Assembly: GCF_964355755.1 (NCBI RefSeq)
Contig: NC_092671.1
Span: forward strand, 26,982,070 to 27,046,069
Length of the DNA stretch: 64,000 nt
Direction of reading: 5' to 3'
From: Antedon mediterranea
Lineage: Eukaryota; Animalia; Echinodermata
Part shown: positions 41,101-52,600 of the stretch, in pieces
How positions within the stretch are numbered: position 1 is the first letter of the stretch
How the letters are laid out: each line of letters opens with the position of its first letter
Made by a program: the position numbers and the translations under genes
Notes under the pieces: model-generated
The model's input: the letters and a program-made list of their open reading frames with translations, nothing else
What the model was told of the DNA's origin: nothing
Database searches by the model: none

Positions 41101-42060
41101 TTTTATTTCAACATCATTTCTTCTGTTGACTTTAAAACCTTCCTAACCATTTTAGTTGTGCATTTCAAATTAAAAAGTCAAAAAATTATAGTCACTGCAG
41201 TAACTACAGTAAAATAATTTTAACATGGTCCCTATGAATACCCACCCTTTGTTTTGGTCTTGGTGTTCCAAGCTTGGAGTTCTCTTTCCTGGATCAATAA
41301 TACTGTAAATAACCAAGTTGATCGCAGTAGGCCAGATGACACGTGTTTTTTCAAGGAAAGTGTTTTGTTCAGATATAGACAACAATTCGATTAGGTTCTT
41401 GTTCGTAACATTGAAGACTGTTCGATAGCTCGACGAATCTGTGAAATGAAAGCATGGTTAAATATATAAAGAACTTACATTAATGGGGTGAAATTTGACA
41501 TGTAGACAATACCAGTTATATTAACTGTTAAGGCCAACTCAGACAGCATTGTACGACGAGGCCTGACAAAACGTCTTGACGAGCCGTCTTGAGATAGCGT
41601 TGGGCATAGTTTTTAGGTCGTAGAGAAAACTTTAAACATGTTTAGTTTTTTCCCAACGAGACAATTCATCGAGCCTCGTCGTACAACGCTGCCTGAGTTG
41701 GCCTTTACAATGCTGGATTGATCCTACCATGAATAATACCCTAAAGATTTTAATTTTAACTGTAAAATATTACATGTAAAGGCTGGTGTAACCAAGAAAA
41801 GACACATTCTAAATTAATTATTATTAAAGGTGCCATTGTACAAGAGAACATAGGCCTATAATATCTTCTATTTTTATTTATTATATAAATCAAAAGGCAA
41901 ATTACTGACAATGACAATGCTATTAGTGGCTGGATTTCAATGGAGATACAAATAAAATAAGCAAAAAGCTGAATCAATACAATAAAGTAAGAGTAGAAGT
42001 AGAGCTTACAGGTAGTACTAACCCTTCCTCAGTGCAAGAAGGAATGGTTAGACTTTTTTA

Positions 42061-42095
<35 letters not shown>

Positions 42096-42937
42096 AATTC
42101 AGGCAAAGAACATTAATTCTAAACCGCCCGGTGTATATATATATATATAAACACATTAGGCAATGAACATTAATTCGAAACCGCCCGGTGATATACTGAA
42201 ATTTAATTAATTAATTTGAAACGATAAAGATGAGGAAATCTGTGAGAATGAGAAAAAGTCGCCCCAACCGAGACTCGAACTCGGACCGCCTGCTTGATAT
42301 GCAGATGTCCTAACCATTAGACCACTGGGGCTTTCATGGTATTGTTCAAACTCGATTGGATAGCGACTCTTTAACATTCTCGGCGTGGTACGGCGGTAAT
42401 ATAAACACGTTAGGCAATGAACATTAATTCGAAACCGCCCGGTGATAATATACTGAAATTTAATTAATTAATTTGAAACAATAAAGATGAGGAAATCTGT
42501 GAGAATGAGAAAAAGTCGCCCCAACCGAGACTCGAACTCGGACCGCCTGCTTGATATGCAGATGTCATAACCATTAGACCACTGGGGCTTTCATGGTATT
42601 GTTCAAACTCGATTGGATAGCAACTCTTTAACATTCTCGGCGTGGTACGACGGAACAGCACTAGTCCTCAGTTGTATGCACGCGCACCAGAGATCAAATT
42701 GATACGCCCTCATCTTTCAGTATTTATATTATATATATATATATATAATATGACGTTATCCAAATTCCTTCACTTGCACTGATGAAGGGCTAGTGTTGCC
42801 CGAAAGCTCTGCTAACTTTTCTGGCTGTTTACTTTATCGTTTTGATTTAGCTTTTCGCTTTTTATTTTTGTATCTCCATTGAGATCCAGCCACTGATACC
42901 CACAGCATTGTCATTTTTTTCAGTAATTTGCCTTTGG

Positions 42938-42975
<38 letters not shown>

Positions 42976-43612
42976 ACAACAGGCATAGAAATAAATTCCA
43001 AACCGCCCGGTGATACACTGAAAATTATTTAATTAATTTTTGAAACGATAAAGATGAGGAAATCTGTGAGAATGAGAAAAAGTCGCCCCAACCGAGACTC
43101 GAACTCGGACCGTCTGCTTGATATGCAGTTGCCCTAACCATTAGACCACTGGGGCTTTCATGGTATTGTTCTTTAACTCGATCGGATAACGACCCTTTAA
43201 CATTCTCGGCGTGGTACGGTTGGAACACAACTAGTCCTCAGTTGTACGCACGCGCACCAGAGATCAAATTGATACGCCCTCATCTATAATTCAGTATATT
43301 TATTCACTAAGCGGGATCTCGAGAGATACTTTTATATATATATAAACACAACAGGCATAGAAATAAATTCCAAACCGCCCGGTGATACACTGAAAATTAT
43401 TTAATTAATTTTTGAAACGATAAAGTGTTCCAACCGTACCACGCCGAGAATGTTAAAGGGTCGTTATCCGATCGAGTTAAAGAACAATACCATGAAAGCC
43501 CCAGTGATCTAATGGTTAGGGCAACTGCATATCAAGCAGACGGTCCGAGTTCGAGTCTAGGTTGGGGCGACTTTTTCTCATTCTCACAGATTTCCTCATC
43601 TTTATCGTTTCA

Positions 43613-43658
<46 letters not shown>

Positions 43659-46600
43659 GAAAGACGCTAGTAAATTACCAACTGAACATTTTATTGCACT
43701 ACAGGCTGTTTCATGAGTATGAACTCAATCTTCAGGTGCTTGGCTCTGAATGATAGTCACAAGTGAATACAAAAAGCTATAATGAAGTCTTAAGGCAAAC
43801 TGTTTATGTGAACAATAGTATGCTAATTAGCAAGTACAACACATCTCTATTTCCTGGACAGTCTATTGTTAACCAAATTCTTATTATCTAAATTACTGAT
43901 AATTTAGTAGAAACTATATATATATATATTTTATAGAGAAAAAAGAGCTTAAATCCTATTACATATGTGTTACAATGATGACAAACATGGCACAATGCCT
44001 TGTTCAGTGCTGTACAATGACTAAAAGATTTGATAACTAAAAATAGTTTTTTTTCTCTCTCTTGATATAAAAGAACAGAAAAATATAAATACTTTTGAAA
44101 AAAAACCCAGTTGTTTTATAGGTGTCATATCTGATATATTTTCCAAGTGTATATTAATTTTTGTGCTTTGCAAATAAAAAATAGCGATGTTATTTATAGA
44201 TTAAAAATGTCAAGGTACAAGTTGAAAACATATTTAGGTCAAAATAGGATTTTAAAAGTATTATAAATAAAAAGATCACTGTTCAAAATGTCAATTATAA
44301 AAGATATTTGTTAACAATTTAATTTTTTTCTTTCTTTTTCTTTTTTTTATTTCGGAAATATCATCCATATTAATAAACGTATAAACAGAAAAAAAATAAA
44401 TAAAAAATCGTAAACTCTAAACTTAAGTATATATAGAATGCTTCTCCATCTACAATACATTTTGGAGTTATGGAGCATATTTTTGCAAACACAAGCAACA
44501 AGGATGTTACCACTATTCAACATACGTTGCATAAAACCATAGGTAGATTTTCGCATGTACTCATTAAAGGAAGGGACACCATGTTCAATAAACATTGCAC
44601 TGGCACTACTACTTCTAGAGACATTAAGTATACGGCGCAGAGCATTATTGTAACATACATTAAGAGATCTAATATTCTTCATACGATAGCTACACCAAAG
44701 GGCTGCACAATACATATTAATACAGTAAGATCTAAAGAGACAACATTTAACATTGGTAGAGCATTTCATAAATTTGCGATTGAGTGAGTTGCTTCTTATA
44801 CATAAAGATCTGTACTGACTTTGAATGTCAGCCTCATCACTGCAATCACACATAAGAATATGACCAAGGTAGGTAGGTACCTTTCTCAACATAAGCAAGT
44901 TTTTTACCAAAAAGTTTAGTAATAGAATTACCTTCAAGTTTGCAAGTACGAGGACAGAAACACATACAAAAAGATTTCTTATCATTAAATAAAACATCAT
45001 TCTCTTGCAAAAACTCTTCACAAACATGTACCAATTGCTGGAGACCAGCAACTGAGGGGGCAAGTAGAACAAGATCATCCGCATAACTAAGATGATTCAA
45101 GATAATGTTTCTACATTGGCAACCCTGGCACAAACCACTTAGTCTACAATTAAGAGTACTAATATAATGTTATAAAGGAGAGGGGACATAACCCCACCCT
45201 GTCTAACTCCATTAGATACTGTAAATGCATTTGAAACAGAGTTTCCCCAACGTATCACAAAACTCTATTTCTCATACCAACATTTGAGCAATTTAACAAT
45301 ACAAAGATTAATACCATTGTTAATGAGCTTATTATAAAGAGTCCAGTGATTGACTCGATCAAAAGCTTTACTGGCATCTAGAAAGCAGGCAAAAACTGGA
45401 CTACCATTTCTATTGTAGTAGTCAATTACATGTTTTAATACAAAGATACACGTATCAGTCGAGTGCTTCTCTTTAAATGCAAATTGGTAGTCATTGGATT
45501 CCAGTGAGTTACCGCAATGACTGATCAAAATAGATTCAAACACCTTAGATAATACAGACGCTAAAGCAATAGGTCTATAATTATTCTTATTAGTAATATC
45601 ACCTGATTTACTCTTAACAATCGGCACTAGAATAACTTTAACAAGATCTTTAGTTACATGACCATGACACAGCATAGCATTAAAGCATAAACTCAATAGG
45701 ATATGAAGTCGTTTACTACCATATTTAAGATGTTCACCACCCAAACCATCAAGTCCGGGTGATTTTCCTACAGAAAGTTTATCAATGCAATTAGATACAA
45801 GATCAGGAGTGACATTAATACCAACCTCAGGCGGACAGTATTCTAGAGTCTCCTCTACAAATGCTTTATGAGTCGTGTTATCCACACAGTTAAACAGATT
45901 CTCATAATGTTTGGCCCAATGGTTACATATGTTGTATTCACCACTAACATTATCAATAACTTCAGAGGTATTAGCTCTAGTATCATTCATATGCTTAACA
46001 CCTTCCCAAAAACCTTTGTAGTCCCTATTTCTGTAAGAAGACTGAGCTAATTTATCAGCTCTCAGTTGTTGATCATTCTGTTTACACGTGCGTAACGCCA
46101 ACTTAAAACGAGAACGAGACATTTTCATAGAATGAAACAAGGGCCCATTCCTGGGTTTGCCGTTAGTTCTCCATAATAAGAAGGCTTCACGAGCAACGGA
46201 ATGCAGATCAGAAACATACTCATTCAAGCCCGGCACAATATTATATGACTTACGCCCCTATTCTTAAACCGGACTTTAGTCGTAGTTCGAGCTAAAACTA
46301 AAAAAATGACGTCATTTTAATTCATAAATCGAACTTCAACTAAATCACCGACTAAATCAGGCCAACCTCGACTAAATCGAGACGGATTTTGATCGATTTT
46401 TTTAGTCCTGGAGGGGGCAGGCTAAATGGTTTTTAAACGATGTTTATAAAAAACGTAACAGTCATTGAGTTGTTTTATTGGCCAGATATTGAAGAATGAA
46501 ATATCTATATTTATATTAGCTTAATTAAATATACATTGGTATAAGTTATAATAATGAAAATCATCTTTATTTACAACCGTATACAAACTACATTATTTTC

Positions 46601-49600
46601 TTCGCGCAAGTCCGACTTGAACTACGTCACGCCATAGCGACAATGGGAGATGCGGCAATTCACCACGCGATGGAATGTTTAGGGGGCCTAGCGCTTTCTT
46701 GTCACGCTAGGAAGTGCGTGGTTCGTCGCGATCATACTTTGTTGGAGGCCTAGAAAATATGAAAGTTACCGTATCGCCATGGTTCCTAAATATATTTTGA
46801 AGATTTTGTTTGTTGTTAATCAAAAGTACTTCACTGTTAAATTAATACTGATCTTGTTCTAATAATTAACGATTAAAATTATTTTTCATGTATATAGTCC
46901 TGATGCGTAAAAAGTTTTGTAAGAAAATGGAAAGTGATATCAATGCGCAAAATTTCGTCTGCTCCTCAAATACTCTCTTGTCATTGGCCAATGTTTAGCC
47001 TTTGTTACCCAGACGTGTGCAACTCGACTAAAAGCTCGACTTCATTAAGTCGAACTGCAAACTTCGACTACTTCATTTTTGAATCAAATTTGAAGTAATA
47101 GCTCGAACTACGACTTTTTCAAGTCGAACTTTGAACTACGACTAAAGTCCGGTTTAAGAATACGGGCGTTAGACCTAGTGGGCTTCAAACATTCACTAGA
47201 TGCACGTTTTAGGCAAGCAACAATATTGTTATACAGGTCATCAATAGCAAGACGGTGACGCTCATTGCTACAATTAATATTATTACAAGTTAGTGCATCA
47301 GTACAAATTTTAACATTACTGAGTAGATGATCAGTACATGTAGCATAATAGGTAATACTTTTAATAAATATAAAAATAGGCAGGTTTCAGCTGTATAAAA
47401 AAATCATTTTATTTAAATAATTTTTTTTATGTGTTTTTTGTATTTTGAATGGATGAAAACATTTTTTTCAAATAACATGATACGTGGCAATCAATTAAAT
47501 GGTAGTTTTGTCGAGATTAAGCTGACCTCCAAAATTAAAAAATTACGCCTGTTTCTAAATTTCTATTTTTTATACCAAACTAAGGTGTAGGCCAAACAGG
47601 GGGTTGTCTATTGTATATAATTATTACGGTTATTTTTATAATAATGTAGTTTTTAGTTGGTGACAAAAAGTTACAAATTAGTCATCATTCCACAGCCTAG
47701 AAGTAGTCCAGAATTGGGATTCTGGTCCAGATAACCTCCAAAATTTAATGGAGCCTTCCAAGATCATATATCTGTCTGTGATAATTTGGTAAAGAATCTT
47801 CTTTTGGTTTTGATATTATCCTGCTAACAGACAAATAAATATTGCCGAAAAAAATTGAACCTCCTTGACGGAGATAAATATTACTAAGTGATATATGTTT
47901 AAAAAATAACAGGCTCAGTTTTCAACCTGCCATACAAAGTTGAAAAAGGTGGTTGCTCTAAAGCTATGTCTACAATATCAAACTAGTTTGACAAAAAGTG
48001 TGATGTGGCTAAATATGGTAGTAGTGATGCCTAATATGGTAGTAATATGACATCATTGTGTCCATACATTGGCACATCACATAAAGTTTGATAGTGTAGA
48101 CAGAGCTTAAAAAAACCTTTTATGTGGTAAATACTGCTGACAGATGTGTGATAGTCTTACCAATCAAACTTGAGTCTGCATTTTATCTATGATAAACACT
48201 ACATATGCGAACTCAAAATAATCGTGTGATTCACAGAAAGCCTCTAGTATGCTGCGATTTTAATTAATAACCATTAGATAAAATACAGCAAAGAAATCAT
48301 AAAGATATTACTGGGAGTAGAGAATCAGCCGAAAAGGGCAACAACCTTCTTGGTCAAATTTGAATGTCATAAAAGAAGAATGTTTAAATGTTGTTTTTTT
48401 TTTGTATTTTAGTAACTAACTTCCTGTATCACTGTATGATCAGTACTGTATCTTCACATAATGACAATATTTGTCGAGTATAATAGGGATATTAGGTGGT
48501 ACAGCTTCTTGTGTGTATCAAATGTGGTGCCTGAATCATTTAAGATTAGGTTCATGGTTAGGTTATGGTCAATGATACATGTGATGATACATGTGATGAT
48601 ACATGTAATGTTGTATTACATAATATTCCTGAAATCTAGATACAGCACCGAAAATAAGGTGGTTTAAAAGATCATTAACAAGACAAGATTTTTATATCCA
48701 CTATCCTGATTTCAATTGCAATTTGATACTTTTAACGAAGCGAAGCCACTTATTCTAATCAAGGACTTAATAACTGGAGGCATGAATGTAAAATGCGAAT
48801 TCTCAAAGAGACCACGTTTCTTATTGTCAGATGTTTAAATAAAATGTCAGGTATTGTATGTGAGTACTGAATTTAGAATGTGAGACAACTCTAAATATAA
48901 AATCAGCCTGTTAAAACTATTTTGATATCTACTATCTTGATATCTACTATCTTGATATTGACACCGTAAACACAATTTTGGGTTAAGGTATTGTAAGAGA
49001 GTACTTAAAATATAGGGAGGAGACTTTCTAATAAGTTATAAAGTCAGTACTGTCTGTTACTACTATTTTTCAATGTTTTTACAATAACTTCCTTCTCTTG
49101 TCCATGGAAATAAACTTTTAAAATGTAAAGGTGAAATTGCAAAGATTATGAAGCACGTTAGCAAACGTCTGAACATGGTACGAACCAATCAGTGTTAGCT
49201 ACCCATCACTCCACATGACACTCAAAATTTGGCACAGTTTTATTTTATGTCATGTTGTGTAAACAGTTTTCAAAAAACAACTTTTGAAATGTTCACAAAA
49301 AACAAAGTGATGAAAAATTGAATCAGCGTATAAAACCAGCCTTGATGCATCACAGAGACAAGGAAATTTTAAAACTACTCCGAATTAAAAATTGATAATT
49401 GGCTGAACATGCCTCTTCCCATTGTCATCAATGTGTGATTCACCGTTACTTTCGCATACGGTAAACAACGTGCAGAAAAAAATGCGTGACTCATTCTGCA
49501 GCTGCCAGCAGGAAGACTTTGAGTATAATATTGCGCCTGGTTCACTCTAAAGCCACTGACGCTCTACAAGATTAAGGTTAGATGTACACAGCTTTCCCTC

Positions 49601-52600
49601 AAAATATGGGCAACTAGTAATACTGGATCAGCAGCTCTGTTTTATTTCAGAAAACAAGTGCGAAGGTAAGATATATCAGATTTCATATTACATAGAGTAA
49701 TCAAAATTATTAAATTAATTCCTTGCAAATTCTAATTACATATATTTTGAGAAATGACTAAAGTTTCAACAAAAATAGTTTTGACTGTTAAGATTTTGTA
49801 AACTATGAATTTGTCTGGCATAAAATTGTGTTTTAAAAGGGGGGGTTTAAATGTCCTTAAAGATTATTTTAAATTACAAGTTGTGTTTGTTGAGAAGTTA
49901 AGTATTCAAAAACTAAACTGCATGGATTGCTGACCTGATGCAATTTTATGGTATCATCTTCAGAGTTATTGCATGTACAGTATGCATTTTTGAGAAATTT
50001 ATTTCCAAAAAAAGCTTTCGTACCCAAAACTTTGCATCATTTTATGTTTTTTTTTTTGTTTCGTTCAATTACATAATACTGGTAAATTATATTATTTTTA
50101 TTGTGGAATATGTATTTAGAAGTAGTTTAGTGCAGTGGCGGATCCAAATTTTTTGAAATAAGGGTGAGAGTGGGAGCCTAAAAAGTGCTGAACTTGCATT
50201 TTATTTATAAAAATTTTCGATTCGTACCGTAATAAAAACAAAATGGATTACTAACCCATCAATACTATTTTCATGGATACATACATATTACCTTCAGAGT
50301 AGACCTACAGTATTGTTTTTGAAATTGTTTTAATTGGCATAAAATTGAAAATGTTTTGATAGAAGTTAGCAATGACGATCTTCTATATTGTATTTAACCA
50401 TATTTTATATTGTACTGCCATTTTTCTCTTTCAAACAGACTTGAATTGATGATTGTGTTCGAAGACATGTTTCAATCATTGAACATTTTCATATTTATAT
50501 GCTAGCTACTGAGTTGATTTGACCTTTGACCCTTCATCTAATCACAATTTAAATATCCCGTCTAATGGGATGTTTATAATTAATTACGTATAACTTAATT
50601 ACAAGCGCTCTGACACTTGTTCAAGAATAGTGTGATAACCAGCTGAGGATACTCAGATGTAAAATGATTCACACACGTTCTGTAACAAACTTGAAGACAA
50701 ATATCTCATAAAGGCCCATCTACACTAGATGCTTGTTTGACGATAAATATTCATTTTTCCTACATAAAACAAAAAGAAATTCTCAAACAAAAAAGTTTTC
50801 AAAAGAAGCTTTCACCATAGAACTATAGGATAACCATCTATGTTGCCTTTGATGAAAATAATATTTATTCAGCAACTAATTTTACAATTTTTATGTCCTG
50901 GTAAATACCACCCTTTGCCTTAGTATTTCAAAATCCTGGGTCCACCACCGAAAATAATTTTCAATTTCAGTGATTTTACCCATGTGGCAAATGGGACTTC
51001 TAGAAGTTTCTTGGAATATAAGCGCCCTTCAAATAATTTTCCCTCAAAAACCAGAAAAGTTATTGAACTGGAAATATTAAAGAAAATGGTTTTCTAAAAA
51101 GTTCCCCGCCCCCCCCCCCCCCAAACCCCACTCTCAATTGCATTTCAGCATTAAAAGTTAATATGACGTAATAACCACACTAACACTTTTGTTCACCTAT
51201 CTGGAATACTTACAAGGTTGTAGTCTATTATATTATTTAAATGTAACTTCTTATCTAATTTACATACAAATCGATAGAAATATCTATCAATTTGTATGTT
51301 AATTTTATTATACTTATTGCTATTTGTTATAATCTGAAATCTCTAAATTTACCTAATGGCGTTTCTTATCATTAATAAAATTGAGAGGTAATTAAGTGTC
51401 AAAGTGATTTCCTTTATTTGACATATGACCTCATTGTATTGAAAACACCACTGACCTGGATATTAAACATAAACACCACTGACCTGGATATTAAACATAA
51501 ACACCACTGACCTGGATATTAAACATAAACACCACTGACCTGGATATTAAACATAAACATCACTGACCTGGATATTAAACATAAACACCACTGACCTGGA
51601 TATTAAACATAAACACCACTGACCTGGATATTAAACATAAACATCACTGACCAGTGGAAATCAAACATACTGTAAACATGACCCTAGATATAATGCTGCA
51701 TTATTTTTTGTATGCCAAGCTTGTGCAAGTTATGTTCCGAAAAGTGTCCCTTAACAAGGTAATCTACTGTTAAGGCTTTGTTCCACTAGGACGCAATGCA
51801 AGGACGTAGACGCAAAGCAAGCGAATTGACCAATGACAAGCAACAGTTTGAATAATCCATCGCTTGTGATTGGTCAAATCCCTTACGTTGCGTTATGTCG
51901 TTGTGTTGCATCGCTAGTGGGAACCAAACATTAAATAAGGCATTGAACATTGTTATAGATTTGTTAAAGTCATTAAAAGTTAGTAGATTATGTAATTCTT
52001 TATAAATCATTAAAAAAGTGATATTGTGTTCAGAATTTTGTTGGTACATTTCCAAGGGCTATTTTCTACTACGCTCTTATCAACATAATATGGACAGCAT
52101 TCAAGACAGGAAACCATAGAAACTAATAATACCATTCATCCAATTACATAAATATCCTGTCCACAGCCAAGTTATATGCTAAAACAAATTATTTTGACTT
52201 GGAAATTGGACGGTTGGTTAATGAAGTTAATTCGTAAAAGCTAATAGTTCAGACAAACATAGATTCTGAAACCAAACTCTGTGATCACACAAAACAGAAT
52301 AATTTAATTTAATTATTTTTAAAAACCTTTGTGCCAGATTACATTTCTGGTCGGAACCTCCTGGTCTAATTAAGGTCCAATAAAATGTTGGTATTCAATA
52401 CATTTTTTTAATTAAAAGTAAAGTTTCATAGCCCTTGTTACTGTAGTGTAGCCATTATGACTGTATGTTCCAGGGGGCCTAGGTATGACATTTGGGGAAA
52501 ATTCAATGGGTTGCATTAGGTTTTAGGGGGTAGGTAATATTCTTGAGCATAGGCCTATTCAATGAAATGAAATCAATGAGTTATATACAAGAGCAAGATG

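Larger units (their letters stand above)
42090..42730. mobile_element. Tandem copies of the tRNA-carrying (TA)n-associated repeat
   Basis: A terminal fragment, a truncated copy and a near-full copy lie head-to-tail, flanked by (TA)n. Confidence 0.85.
42972..43620. mobile_element. Second subfamily of the tRNA-carrying repeat: full copy followed by a partially inverted copy
   Basis: Full cassette at 42972-43332. The terminal segment is repeated at 43344-43424, then the sequence switches to inverted orientation at 43425-43620. Flanked by (TA)n. Confidence 0.85.

Noticed and set aside
48157-48246. Minus-strand segment bounded by AG and GTAAG as an additional sarcoglycan exon
   Set aside because: It has stop codons in all three frames.
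51443-51652. 28-bp repeat resembling CRISPR repeat length
   Set aside because: Units are contiguous with no unique spacers, there are no cas genes, and the context is a eukaryotic intron. It is a minisatellite.
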